Shown piece by piece: positions 12,876-26,187 of a stretch of 64,000 nucleotides of DNA. The notes under the pieces were generated by a model. It was not told the origin of the DNA and ran no database searches. It saw only the letters and a program-made list of their open reading frames with translations. Position 1 is the stretch's first letter. Every line of letters begins with the position of its first letter. This DNA is from Eledone cirrhosa (lineage: Eukaryota). The stretch covers positions 21,080,001 to 21,144,000 of the forward strand of contig OZ024741.1 in the NCBI GenBank assembly GCA_964016885.1, read 5' to 3'. A program made the position numbers and the translations under genes.

Positions 12876-15647
12876 CCTGGGTATGACATTAAACTACATC
12901 CAGTGGCAAGGCTCCAGTTCGGGAGTCCAGATGTGGGGAATGTGGAGTTACCCCTTAGTTGTCGTGACTCCCAGGTCTGCCCTGGCGCGGGGTGGTAGTA
13001 CCTGTTAGGGCTTCATTTATGGGTTAAATAACTACCTTATTCGAGTGGCGCCGGTAAGGTATTGTCAGCCATTGAAAAGAAATATAGAGAGTCGATCTAA
13101 CAGCACTAGGGTTAGAGCCCCTAATTACACTGTCAAGGAGCAGCCTGGTCGTTATGACTCTGCTGGCTTAGAGCCACAGAGAGGGCCAGTGGATGATGGA
13201 TCAGCTGTCTCTGAGACAAATATAAAGAATGCAGTTTTGACCTGCAGAAGAGCCATCAAAATGGGCACTTTGAATGTGAGGACTATTCGGACGCTGGAGA
13301 AGAGAGAGGAGTTGGGACATCTGTTCGAGGAGAGTGGTATACAGATACTTGTGATCCAAGAACACAGGATCCTACACGATGAGCCCGTGAGGAGTGTGAC
13401 GATCGGGAAGAAGAGCCAGCTCATCACTACATCGGCAGTGAAGAACACAACAAATGCTGCAGTAGGAGGAGTGGGTTTTGTGTTCAGTGCAAAAACCAAT
13501 CTGTTGGTGAGGGAAATAATGCCTATCTCCCCGCTTTCAAGGAAGATGATAAGCTACAGGAGAGGTTCACAGTGGAAGTGAGAAACAGGTTTAGTGCTCT
13601 GTGTGGAGAGTCAGAGGAGAGAGAGATTGGATGGACTGAGGGGAGTGTGACGAGGAGGTACGGGCACTTCACCAATGCAGTGGCGGAAGCAAGTGAAACC
13701 CTGGTGCCGAGGAAAAAGAACAAAGGGAAGCACGTTAGCTCTGCAAACCCAAAAGTGTGTGCAGCCAGAGAACACCTGAAAGCTGCCAGGGACCAATTCT
13801 ATGCTGATCCTACGGAGGAGAGGATGGAGACTGTGGAGGTGATGAGGGAAGAGCTCTGTACCGCTTACACTGAGGTCAGAGAGGAGGCACTGATAGAGAA
13901 GATCAGAAGTGTGGAGAGAGCGGTTGACAGATCTGGATGTAAGGAGAGCTGGATGATCATCAACGAGATCACAGGGAGGAAGAGAAGGTGTTCGAGTCAG
14001 ATCCAGGGAACGGGGCCCGAGGATAGGAAGAGGAAATGGCTAGACCATTTTAGGACCCTACTAGGAGAGCCACACTCCACAGCCCAGAGCACTGGGGAGA
14101 TCAGGCGGCTGTTTGAGGAACTGGATGTTGAGACAGAGCCCTTCACCAGAGAGGAGCTTCAGAGAGCCAAGAAGAGGATCAAGGAGGGCAAGGCTCATGG
14201 AGAAGATGGAGTGGCATCAGAGGTGATGAAGAGGTGTGATTTTGATGATATCATCCTGGAGTTCTGTAACGGGGCACTGGAGAAAGGAGTTGCCGCGAAT
14301 CAGTGGAGGATCAGTAACATCGTCCCAGTACCAAAGAAGGGAGATCTCTCTAACACCAACAACTACCGGGGGATCTCACTGACGTCACTTGTGGCAAAGA
14401 CCCTCAACAGGATGATTCTTAACAGGATCCAGCCTGAGATGGAGAAGAAGCTCAGGGACAACCAGAACGGCTTCAGAGAGGGTAGATCAACCACCAGTCA
14501 CATCCTGATGCTGAGGAGGATATTAGAGGGAGCTAGAGCAAAGTGCCTTCCTGCGGTCATGGTTTTCATTGACTTTAGGAAGGCCTTTGATTCTGTGGAC
14601 CGTTACTGCCTGATGAAGATCTTACAGGCTTATGGAATCCCCAAGAAGATAGTGGACCTGATATCACTGCTCTACACCAACACCAAAGCCCAAGTCATTA
14701 CACCTGATGGGATGACAGAGTTCTTTGAGATACTGGCTGGAGTGCTCCAGGAAGATACATTGGCTTCCTACCTTTTTATCATCGTAGTGGACTATTGTAT
14801 GTGCCTTGCACTGGAGAAACACCAGGACTCTGGCTTTACTGTGGCACCGGCTCAGAGCAGGAGAGTTAGGGCGAAAAAGGTATCGGATACTGAATTTGCC
14901 GACGACATAGTTTTGGTGACAAATACAGTGAAGGAGGCAGAGGATTTGATGCGGGAGGTTGAGACTGTGTCGATGAGTGTGGGGCTGAGAATGAATGAGA
15001 CTAAAACAAAATATCTGGTAGAGAATGTTGAGAAGCCAGAGGGGATCACTAATGTAGGCGGGAAGCCGCTGGAATTGGTTGAGGACTTCCTGTATTTGGG
15101 AGCAAAGATTGGGAATACGGAAGATGATGTGGTTGAGAGGAAGAGCAAGGCCTGGGCGGCGTGCCACAGCTTGAGATCAGTGTGGAAGTCGGACCTTCGT
15201 AGAGACCTGAAAATCCGCCTCTTCATTGCTGTAGTGGAGTCTGTGCTGCTGTATGGGTCTGAGACTTGGACACTGACCAAGAAACTCACTCAGATGGTGG
15301 ATGGATGCTACATGAGAATGCTGAGGATGGCTCTGAACATTAATCACTATACACTGAGGATGAAAAACTCAGAGCTGTATGGGAGCATCCCAAGAGTCAG
15401 CTCAAAAGTGACACAGAGGAGACTGAGGTTAGCTGGACATGCTCACCGACATCCAGAGTTGACATTGCACTCAGTACTCCTTTGGGAGCCCCTACATGGA
15501 CACACTAGAAGAGGAAGACCAAGGTTAACGTATGTTGATGCCCTAAGGACAGACACTGGTCTGTTGGAGACGCAGGACATGGCAGCGATAATGAGGGACA
15601 GAGACCGCTGGAGAGAACTCGTCCATGGATCTCGGGAATTTTACCCG

Positions 15648-15650
<3 letters not shown>
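12872..15650 (+). mobile_element. RTE-clade LINE inserted in (TA)n, internal deletion in APE domain
   Basis: APE start (MGTLNVRT, IQEHR) in 13045..13581 is joined near 13535 to an RT ORF (YRGISL, FIDFRKAFDSV, FADD, LLYGSETW). (TA)n on both sides. Confidence 0.92.
13572..15650 (+). pseudogene. RTE reverse transcriptase ORF (stop lost, reads into TA tract)
   Basis: The 710-aa ORF has the RT motifs. The copy at 26893 shows the original end is CCGCCT-TAG. Confidence 0.85.
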
Positions 15651-16206
<556 letters not shown>

Positions 16207-16301
16207 TTCTACCTGGAGTTGCAACCGATAGATAGTACTACCAACTGGAAAGACCTGCGGAAACATTGTTTCCTCGGTCCGATTTGACGAAAGTCGATAT
16301 T

Positions 16302-16333
<32 letters not shown>

Positions 16334-16385
16334 CGTAGATCCTAAAATAATTAATTTATCTAAAAGAGATCTTGACAATGATGAA

Positions 16386-18572
16386 ATGCAAATTCTGTCA
16401 AAAGGACTGAAATTCACACCGACTCCAACAGTCAACCACCAAGAACTGAAGGAGGATACCCAAGAATTCTGTCGAAAATTACGTCTTGTAGAATTCTTCG
16501 CTGATAAAAATAATGAGAGTGATGAATCACTAGTAAAGAATAAATCAAATTTCACTCCGCCAAAAGGAAGAAATATCTATCTCGACCAATACATTGACAT
16601 CCTGTCTAAATTTCCTCTTAGACGTAATACTAATGTTAGGCCAAACATTAACAAATCAGAAATGTCTGCACTTAAACGTATACAAAATGATAAAACAATA
16701 ATAATTAAACAAGCAGATAAAGGGGGTGCAGTTGTTATAATGGATACTGAATACTACAAGGATTTGGTTGAGGAACAACTGAAAGACACAACATTCTATC
16801 ATGAAATACCGTCAAATATAGACCACAACATCATGAAGAAGATCAACAACCTGGCTTCAAAATACCACAACTCATTTACTGATAAGGAAAGAGACTACAT
16901 CACCAATTTTGAGCCGAAACCCAGCAACCTGTATGGCCTACCGAAAGTTCACAAGTCAAAAGAAATACAACTGGCAGTAAGAGAACAAAACAGTGAGTAC
17001 ATTAAATTATTACACCCAAAAGACTTAAAACTTAGACCTATTATAGCTGGTCCAACATGCCCCACTCACCGTCTAAGCAATTTTGTTGACATTATTTTGA
17101 AACCACTATGTATTCACATACCCAGTTTCATCCGGGATGATATCGACTTCCTGTCCCATCTTCCCAAAACCACGGAAACGAATTCACTTCTACTCAGTTT
17201 TGATGTGGTAAGCCTTTACACCAACATTACACATGATTTAGGAATAAAGGCGGTTAAATACTGGGTGGAAAAACATAGAGAAGTAATTCCCATTAGATTC
17301 ACAGCGCCATTTATATTAGACGCAGTTAAACTTATTCTGGAAAACAACACTTTCTTCTTCAATGGAAAGAATTACATCCAAATTAGAGGCACAGCGATGG
17401 GAACGAAGTTTGCTCCCGTTTACGCGAACTCTGTAATGGGATACTTAGAACAACAACTCTACCAAGAAATAGAGGAAAAATATAGTACTGACTTTAGAAA
17501 GTACATTGAAAAATCTTGGAAGAGATACCTTGACGACTGTTTCATCATCTGGACAGAATCTCTAGATACTCTGGATGAGTTCAATATCCTCCTGAATAAC
17601 CTACACCCATCTCTCCAATTCACAAAAGAGATGAGTAGGACCAAATTACCATTCCTAGATATAATGATAATCAAAAACGACACCACCATTACCACGGATA
17701 TATATTATAAACACACAGACACCCATCAATATCTGAATTTTAAGTCGTGCCATCCACCTCATACAAAACGCAACATCCCATACTGCCTAGCCAGAAGAAT
17801 TTGTACCATTGTAGAAGATACGAATACCAGGTACAAACGCCTAACAGAACTAAGAGAATTTTTGCTCAAACAAAAATACCCATCTCTACATATAGAAAAT
17901 GGCATACAGCGGGCTATAAAAATACCTATACAACAACTTAGAACAACCCAAAGAAGAAGAAACCAAGAACTGGTCATACCATTTATAATGACACACAACC
18001 CATGTCACCAGAATATCTTCAACACTGCCAAAGCAAACCTACCGATCATTGCTCAAAGTAATGAATTAAAAGGCTTAATCACAGATCGATCTTTGACTCT
18101 TAGTAAAAGACAGCCAAAAAATTTGAAGCAATTGCTAACAAAAGCAAAGTTTGACCTTAACAACAAAGACCAATCATTCACTGTATCTAAATGCAATGAT
18201 AATCGATGCGGCACATGTCAATCCATACACGCCGGTCAATATATGAAAACAAAAACTGGAAAAATATTCACAAATGCAAATATGAACTGCAAAAGCAGAA
18301 ATCTAATTTACTGCATTAAATGCCCGAATTGTGAAGAACTATATGTCGGTCAAACTGGAAATGCACTATCCGAACGTGCACGGGTACACCGTCAACAAAT
18401 CAGAGACCCAAATGTCCGTCAGATACCCCTAAGCGGCCACCTGGCAACATGTGGTCAGGGAATATTTATAATATTCCCATTCTACAAATTACACAGCCCA
18501 AGTGAAATCAAGAGAAAAATCAAAGAAAAGAATTTTATTGATAAATTCAAACCCAAGCTAAATGAACAATAA
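16386..18572 (+). CDS. PLE reverse transcriptase + GIY-YIG endonuclease (728 aa, uninterrupted)
   Basis: LSKGLKF, ADKG, YGLPKVHK, SFDVVSLYT, GTAMGT, RYLDD, PFLD, linker CNDNRCGTC, NLIYCIKC..C..LYVGQTG. The frame is open upstream (IINLS) to the TA tract, so the true start may be lost. Confidence 0.92.
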   Translation: MQILSKGLKFTPTPTVNHQELKEDTQEFCRKLRLVEFFADKNNESDESLVKNKSNFTPPKGRNIYLDQYIDILSKFPLRRNTNVRPNINKSEMSALKRIQNDKTIIIKQADKGGAVVIMDTEYYKDLVEEQLKDTTFYHEIPSNIDHNIMKKINNLASKYHNSFTDKERDYITNFEPKPSNLYGLPKVHKSKEIQLAVREQNSEYIKLLHPKDLKLRPIIAGPTCPTHRLSNFVDIILKPLCIHIPSFIRDDIDFLSHLPKTTETNSLLLSFDVVSLYTNITHDLGIKAVKYWVEKHREVIPIRFTAPFILDAVKLILENNTFFFNGKNYIQIRGTAMGTKFAPVYANSVMGYLEQQLYQEIEEKYSTDFRKYIEKSWKRYLDDCFIIWTESLDTLDEFNILLNNLHPSLQFTKEMSRTKLPFLDIMIIKNDTTITTDIYYKHTDTHQYLNFKSCHPPHTKRNIPYCLARRICTIVEDTNTRYKRLTELREFLLKQKYPSLHIENGIQRAIKIPIQQLRTTQRRRNQELVIPFIMTHNPCHQNIFNTAKANLPIIAQSNELKGLITDRSLTLSKRQPKNLKQLLTKAKFDLNNKDQSFTVSKCNDNRCGTCQSIHAGQYMKTKTGKIFTNANMNCKSRNLIYCIKCPNCEELYVGQTGNALSERARVHRQQIRDPNVRQIPLSGHLATCGQGIFIIFPFYKLHSPSEIKRKIKEKNFIDKFKPKLNEQ

Positions 18573-18947
18573 TAACGCCTAGGGGTATTACTTCTACTAC
18601 CACTATGACCACGACCACTAACAACAACAACAACAACAATAATAATAATAATAAAAGTGATGTTGATGGTGATGATTAATAGAAAATGCTATTTTCATCA
18701 TTTCAAAAAAGCAAAACAATTGATACGTTGGATATGACTATTGGTCGTTAGCATGCTCAACCAGCCGTGACGCTTAAACCAATCAGCTGTAGTAATTCAG
18801 TGAAACTACACACTGATTGGTCGAAATACAGTTTACAGGGCTTTGCATTCTGGAGCCACTTTTCTCTGTATAAAATGTATAAAAGGTAGGAAATTTACCC
18901 ATCTCATTACAGTTGAAAATTGCAAACTCGACTGTCACCACATATCA

Positions 18948-18986
18948 TGAACCTGAAGATTGCGAAAGCATGAAAGTACTTGTTCA
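18948..18986 (+). ncRNA. minimal hammerhead ribozyme of the intact PLE
   Basis: TGAAC-CTGAAGA-TTGC(GAAA)GCAT-GAAA-GTAC-TT-GTTCA, with palindrome AAGTACTT. Confidence 0.85.
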
Positions 18987-19156
18987 ATTAACACTTAGAA
19001 TTTAATATTCTATCATACTATTTCATTATAATACCATTATATATATTTTAAAGGATTGTAAATAAAACGAGTAAATCAGACAAAGTTGGAATTCCTCTTA
19101 TTAATATAATCTTCTATACACAATCATACACACCCGTGTATATTTACCTATCTATA

Positions 19157-19224
<68 letters not shown>

Positions 19225-19292
19225 CAAGGTTTAGTAAATGAGAAAAAGTTTCAAAATAAATTTCAAAAAATTCACTGTACTTACTATGGTTT

Positions 19293-19377
19293 CCTTTACC
19301 GAAACGGTTTCGCGTCTCAAAAATAAATGGATAGTCCTTGCGGGGCTCCATTGAAAATATAAACTCTCGTCAGAAGG
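19293..19377 (-). ncRNA. hammerhead ribozyme with long stem II
   Basis: Minus strand: CCTT-CTGACGA-GAGTTT...GAGACGC-GAAA-CCG(TTT)CGG-TA-AAGG. Confidence 0.72.
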
Positions 19378-19707
19378 TTCTTTTCACTCGGAGAATATAA
19401 AATTCCCGAGTTCGAATTACGAACTGGCGCTATTCAAAATTGCTCCCGAGATGAGAATGAATGATGTGGAACAATTCTGTCCAGTGCCGTGTGTAAAGAT
19501 AGAAACAGAGACAGGGAGGTCAGTCTACTACCACTATAAATAGCAGCAGTCAAAACGACCCAATTTTATCTCGACCAGGGGGAGACTAATAATAATAAAG
19601 TATATATCCCTACACGCAAAAAACGTATAGGGACACGTGTATTATCCAACCATATGCCAATGTGGTTCCATGGCAGGTTAAAAAATTAACGAGCCAGAAC
19701 ATATATA

Positions 19708-19772
<65 letters not shown>

Positions 19773-19947
19773 ATAATATTAATAAATGGAAGAAGCTACC
19801 TTTATAAAGGCATATTTATTGTATTATATATATTTCAAGGGTACCAAAATTATATATATATGTTTATCCCGGGTTCAATCGGGGGTAACCACAGTAAGTA
19901 AGGTACTCATTACAAGGCAGAGTATAAATATTTAATATAGAAAAGCT

Positions 19948-19997
19948 TCTACATGACTAGAACTGTTTCATTCGTGAGAGATCATCAGGAATGTAAA
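19948..19997 (-). ncRNA. degenerate hammerhead-like motif
   Basis: Minus strand CTGATGA-TCTCTCACGAAT-GAAAC...GTC-ATGTAGA. Stem I register is off by 2 nt. Confidence 0.4.
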
Positions 19998-20450
19998 TCT
20001 GAGCTTTTCGAATATCAATAATAATATTCGATTCGTTTGCAATAATGCCAACAGCCTCTTAACCCATTAGCATTTAAACCGGCCGAATCCGGCCAGAATT
20101 TCCTCACTTCTTTCGATTCAAACCAGCCATAACTGGTTGCTCATACTGATGTTAAGGTATGGTTCTCAAAATAAATAATATCAAAATCTCACAGATTCGA
20201 TATTATGTGAGATAATTGTAGGATAAAGTGTTTAACATGAAAATATAATAGTAAATATAGAGTAATGTAAATACTAAAGGGTTAAGCCATGTCAGTAGAA
20301 CAACCTCGCCATTCTTGCTCTTGTGTTGTCATATAAAGGGAACGGCAAGAATGACAAGGTTATTCTACTGATATTGCTTAAGAGGATGTTGCCATTATTG
20401 CAAACGAATCGAATATTATTATTGATATTCGAAAAACTCAGATTTACATT
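19990..20450. repeat. long imperfect inverted repeat interrupted by a TTAA MITE
   Basis: 19990-20062 plus 20286-20318 is the reverse complement of 20345-20450. Confidence 0.85.
20063..20281. mobile_element. piggyBac-type MITE
   Basis: TTAA|CCCATTAGCATTTA...TAAATACTAAAGGG|TTAA. The opposite arm of the inverted repeat has a single TTAA. Confidence 0.85.
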
Positions 20451-20587
20451 TCTTGTATTCAGCCATGTAGAGCGATAAAACTATTTGTTAGTTATTTGAC
20501 TATGGTAAAGCCGGCCATTAATCGCTCGTATACACACACACACACACACACACACACAACCACACATAACCACACACACACTCACAA

Positions 20588-20671
<84 letters not shown>

Positions 20672-20743
20672 ATCTAATTAAATAGCTCTGTTCTATACAT
20701 AGAGCACTCTTTTTTTCCTTTGCTTTTCCTTCGGAATTACCTA

Positions 20744-20790
<47 letters not shown>

Positions 20791-21280
20791 CATATATATA
20801 TTAACACGATATTTTACTTTCTTCTTCTTGCACATAGAGAAAAAGAATGGGAGTGAGTGAGAGAGATGCAGTAGGATAAATCAAGGACTAGTTTAAGCTT
20901 TTTGTTTGATTCGTTGTTTCAAATTATTTGTTGCTCAACTAACCCAGAGTAAAGATCATTTAATTCGATCTAATTATATGAGAGTTCAGTCTGTTTCACG
21001 CTGGTTGGCGTTCATCAGAGTCACGCACTCCCCTGCCTTCGCCGAAAATTATAGAAGCTGGGTTCTTCAAAATTTCGGTGGCTAGACGTAATGTTAATAT
21101 CTTTGCTCTAATTCGTCTTCATTTAAATTCGTCTTCATTTAAATTTCAACCTTATACGTCTATTCGGTGCCACTATACTCCAAGATAGTTATAGTGGCAC
21201 CGAAGTGAAATACTTACATTTAAAACCTGGCGGAGTCCATCCCCTCCCTAATTGTGAACGCAACCGATTCCTTCCGGAAA

Positions 21281-21332
<52 letters not shown>

Positions 21333-21375
21333 AGGAGAGAGAGAGGGGGGGGGGGAGAACATTTTTTGACACAAG

Positions 21376-21830
21376 GGTGATGGATTGGTAAAGTGATTTG
21401 AGCGTCGGACAAATGCTTTGCAGTATTTCGTTACGGCCCTTTACGTTCTGAGTCCAAATCCCCTCTAGGTCACATTTGCCTTTCATTATTTCAGAGTTGA
21501 GAGGGCGGTGGATTGGCAGTATCAGTAAAGGGTCGGACGCCATGCTTTGCAGCATAGAGTTACGGCCCTTTATTATCTGAGTTCAAATCCAGCCGAGGTG
21601 AGCTTTGACTTTAATCCTCACGGGGTCGATAAAATAAAGTACCAATAACGCACTGGGTCAATTTAATAGACTTTCCCCTCCCCAAAATTGTTGGCCTTGT
21701 GCCTAAACTCAGAAACTATTATTTCAGAGTCGATAAAATAAAGTACCAGTCACATACTGGGTCGATATAAGCAACTTAACCCCTACCTAACAACAAAATT
21801 GTTGGCTTTGTGACTAAATTATAAACTATA
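21376..21830 (+). mobile_element. cluster of nested or partial SINEs (octopus-type family)
   Basis: Repeated GGTGGATTGG head, GAGTTCAAATCC B box, GGGGTCGATAAAATAAAGTACC body and GGCCTTGTGCCTAAA tail. Confidence 0.8.
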
Positions 21831-21854
21831 ATTTATAATTTAGTCACAAAGCCA

Positions 21855-23634
21855 ACATATTTTTTGTTCCCCGGTTCTAAGTGTCATTCCCTGGTTTGTT
21901 ATATCCCATTATTATTTAAAAAAACACTATTATTTAATCAGAAGTTGGGTTTGTGGTCAGGAGTTTGATATTTCGAAATTTTCATATTTTTCAAGAAAAA
22001 ACACATTTAAAAAAAATTTATCAGTTCATATAATTAAATCAACAGAGTATATATTTATTTTATTACACAAGCTTATCAAAAGCAAACAAGTAAAAACAAA
22101 TAACACTTATAAAGCAACTTATACACGTCAGAAATGACTGGATTTCCTGGATTTGCGGTTGTAGTCCAGGTCGCATTCCCGCACTAGCCCCCAGATATAG
22201 TCCCCCATCATTTTTTCATTGTTGTGGCCCTGGTACCTCCGCTCTATCTCTTTCACATCTTGGTGGAATCGTTCGCCTTGTTCTTCTGAGTAGGCGCCCA
22301 TATTATCCTTGAATTTTCCAGGTGAGCGTCCAGCATATGGAGTTTAAGCGACATCCTGCATCCCATGGCGCCAAAAGCCTTTATCAGATCCTGCACCAGT
22401 TGCTGGTAGTTTTCAGTTCTGTAGTTGCCCAGGAAGCCCTTAACAACTGCCTTGAAACAGTTCCATGCTGTTCTCTCAATCATATTGAGCTTATTGGAGA
22501 ACTCGGTAGACTCAAACACCTTCTTTATCTGAAGTAAACAAAAATTCCACCTTTGATTTTGGCCTCAGATAACTTGGGGAAGAACTCAAGAAGGTACTTA
22601 AAAGCGGCTGATTCTTGGTTGAGAGCCTTCACAAACTGCTTCATCAACCCCAACTTAATGTGCAGTGGCGGCATGAGCACAATCCTGGGATCAACCAGTG
22701 GCTCCCACATGACGTTCCAACTACAAATTCTGTTCGCTGCTCCCAGTTCTTTCTTTTGTAGTGGTCAGAGGTGGTTCTGCTGTCCCAAAGGCAGAGGAAG
22801 CATTGTAATTTGATAAAGCCTCCTTGGAGTCCAAGCAGGAAAGCCACCATCTTGAAGTCTCCAATGATTTCCCAATTGTACTGGTTGTATTGCAGAGCTT
22901 CCAAGATGACTTTCACACTGTAGTAATCTTCCTTCAGGCAGACTGAATGAGCTAGGGGCAGTGTCGGGAACTTGTTTCCATTGTGGAGGAGGACAGCCTT
23001 CAAACTTGTGGTGGAGCTGTCTATAAATAGTCACCACTCCTTGGGCACAAACGGCACTCCAATAACATCAAACAGTCCAGGCACGTCATGGCAGAAGCAG
23101 AGGCCATCCCTAAGAGTGTAAAAGCCTGAGAAAGGTTCGTGTCGACTTCTCTGACTTGTCACCTGCACTTCCTCCTTGACCAAGTTCCACTGCTTCATCC
23201 TGGAGACGAATAGCTCTGCATTGGACTTGGTTAAGACCCATATCCCTGACCAAGTCATTGACTTCTTTTGGGTTTGGGAAGTGAGGAACTTTTTCTGGTA
23301 CCCCAGTATCAATAAATCTCTTTAATCCACTTTTTAACAATTTTATACTTTATTGCACTTTTATAATTTTCTTTAGGTATTACTCTTTATTTTATAATTT
23401 TAATTTAACCTGAAACATATATTTAAAAAAATCATTAAACAGAAGCAAATTAAACTTACATACAACGTAAAATCCAGCATACAAATAATTCTAGTGAATA
23501 GCTTAGAATTTTTACAAACCCAAACTTTTAACTGTTTAATAGCACCTTTTTTTAAATTTATTTGGGACCTAAGCAACACAAAAAAAGTGATTACAAGCCA
23601 GGAACAAAGAAAAAATTTTTTTTGTTACACGGTG
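21855..23634 (-). mobile_element. Chapaev-like DNA transposon relic
   Basis: Minus-strand fragments KAVLLHNGN, GDFKMV..LLGLQGG...CFLCLWDSR, PPLHIKLGLMKQFVKAL, MSLKLHML and EEQGERFHQD. The right end GTTACACGGTG is followed by TTA. Confidence 0.75.
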
Positions 23635-23856
23635 TTATTATTGTATTCACTACAGATACAGTTACACAGACTTTACGTCTCTTACTAACAAAATACCTCA
23701 AACCCTGACCCATGATATATGTTTTGAATTGTATTGATTTTATGCGATAAAATTTCGATTGACTATAAAAAGAATATCTTTGGTTTTCTTACATTCTAGT
23801 TTCTGTGGGTTGCTTCAAGTGAGTCATTGTTGGTTGTAAGGGAGTATAGACATTAG

Positions 23857-23975
23857 TGAAGATGGTGAATTATCGTTAGAACGTCAGGTAGAATGCTTCG
23901 TGGCATCCACCAAGGTTAACTTTTAGTTCTTTCGAGGTCGATAGAAAAAAGAGCCAGTCAAGTACTGGGGTCGAT
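23857..23975 (+). mobile_element. degraded SINE
   Basis: GAGGTCGATAG...CCAGTCAAGTACTGGGGTCGAT, similar to the family at 21504. Confidence 0.5.
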
Positions 23976-24534
23976 TCTCCTTCTATATCTTTTTCTCACT
24001 TCCTCTCTGGAAGAAATCATTTCGTGTTCTCACCTTGATAGTGGATACGCATCATTAAGTTTAAAACGCTCAAGATATGCTACCTCTTCTGATGGCACTC
24101 AATAATATAGTATTTATTGTGATTTCCTTTTCACAATTTCTAAAAAAAAAATTTTAAAAAAGGTCTAAAGTCTGTCTCGAGCCCGAAGACTCATCAAGCC
24201 GGCTTTTTTTTTTATCCCGGTTTAGGTGGCGTGAATTGTTGGAATTGTAATTACAACACCTTTACCACTAGGTATCACGCTTCCACAATTTTCGCATATT
24301 TTAAACAATTGAATCACAATAACAAAATAATTATCGACTACATTGTAATATGAAATTTGTAAAAGACCTCTCCTTGCCTGTTCCTTCACTTTTAATCCGA
24401 ATTCCCTTTATTTTAACTAATCTTGCTCTTATAACACAGCTCCTGTCATACCAATTTATGACTTTAAATCATTGTCTGTTTTATAATTATTTAACCCTGG
24501 GCATGATGCAGTTAGATACTAGAAATCCAATATG

Positions 24535-24869
24535 TACAATACAAGAAACAGCTTTTAGACTCTCTTGTATATACATATATACACCAGATCCAAACATAAA
24601 AGAACCAAACTCCCACTAGCACTGCCTCCATTTCTCCCGCTCTCCCCATCTCTCAATATTGTGAGCAAATGAGGGCCCACGCTCTAGCTGCCCCGTGGCC
24701 CCGGCCAATTGTAGCGTATGGGCCCCCATTTGCTCACAATATTGAGAGATGGGGGGAACGGAAGAGACGGAGGCAGTGCTAGTGGGAGTTTGGTTCTTTT
24801 GTGTTTGGACCTGGTGTATATATGTATATACAAGAGAGAATGAGTCTAAAAGCTGTTTCTTGTATTGTA
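24535..24869. mobile_element. fold-back element / MITE with ~150-bp arms
   Basis: TACAATACAAGAAACAGCTTTTAGACTC... is mirrored by ...GAGTCTAAAAGCTGTTTCTTGTATTGTA, with a short GC-rich centre. Confidence 0.8.
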
Positions 24870-25176
24870 GTAAGATATAGAGAGGCAAAAAAGACTGGTT
24901 TGAATACTGTAAACGATAATTAATCGGAGTACTACTTACACTGTGAGGGAGGAGTAACCTTTTTCAAAGAAGAAGAAGGTATTGTGCTTTTTATAGCAAT
25001 GGTAGTCTCGTGAGACCATCGTTACTATAAGGAGGTAAAGAAAAAGAATAAGGAAAAAAAGAAAAAGAAAGGAAAAAGGCAAGAAGTAAAAAGTAAAATA
25101 TTCTGTTCATCTCTCTCTCTCTCTCTCTCTATAAATGGAAACTAACTTTATAAAACCATATTTATTTTATTATATA

Positions 25177-25611
25177 CTAGCAGAATGGCCCGGCGTTGCT
25201 CGGGATTCTAAACATAGATTGGCATGTTTATCCCTCCTTTCTGAAATAGTTTCGTCGTATGTTCACCAATTGATGCAGAAGTCCTAATAAAAAGTGAAGT
25301 CGCCTTGGGTGAATAGGCAAATAATTTTCCATTAAGAATTTTCAAAAGCATGTAATTGCGTTCCCTCTCTTTTTTGTTGCTGTTTTTGCTGCTGTTGGTG
25401 TGATAGCGGCCGTTGGTCGTACTACTAACACAGTCTCGTCCTTCTTCAACCAATCGTGTATATCCCATTCTGCCTCGTCAGCAATGAGAGCAATATTTAT
25501 TGTAGGGTTCTTATATATTTGATATATATTTATCCTTATCGAGCCTCGTGAAATAAATACGTTTGTTTATATTTTGTTATTGCGTATGCAAAACTATCTG
25601 TACACGAATAT

Positions 25612-25684
<73 letters not shown>

Positions 25685-26140
25685 ATATTATATATATATA
25701 TGAATAAAGTTAGTCCTCCATCAGTGATCTTCCAACCATCATTGGTATTTCATCGCTTTAAAGACCATATACCTCCGGTTGGTGCGAGCAACGGCTAAAA
25801 AAAGTCGTTGGGACACGTAAATAAAGGGGACACGAGAGTGTAAACAAACAAAGATGGTGAAGCAACGAAAAGTGAGGAAGAAGGAGTCAAGTCCCAAATT
25901 TCCATGAATATAGATTCGGTGAAATCGTGAACGAGAGAGAATAAAGACCATCAAACCTGGTTGGAATGTGAGCAAGGAAGGAATTCCGTACAGGTCTAAC
26001 GGGAGGAAGAAGGGACCTAGTCTGTGAATTCGGTGAACGTAAGTTGTGTGAAATCGTAGACGAGAGAGAAAAAAAAAGCGACCTGCCTGACCAAGGGTGC
26101 GAAAGAAAAGAATTACGCACAGGTCAAACGGGAAGAAGGA

Positions 26141-26187
<47 letters not shown>

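Larger units (their letters stand above)
16334..19147 (+). mobile_element. Penelope-like element, Neptune-type, in (TA)n
   Basis: Intact ORF, 3' UTR with HHR, TA tracts on both sides. Confidence 0.9.

Noticed and set aside
12872-13045. HDV-like ribozyme at the RTE 5' end
   Set aside because: It looks structured, but I could not assign P1-P4 and P1.1 by eye. It needs a descriptor search.
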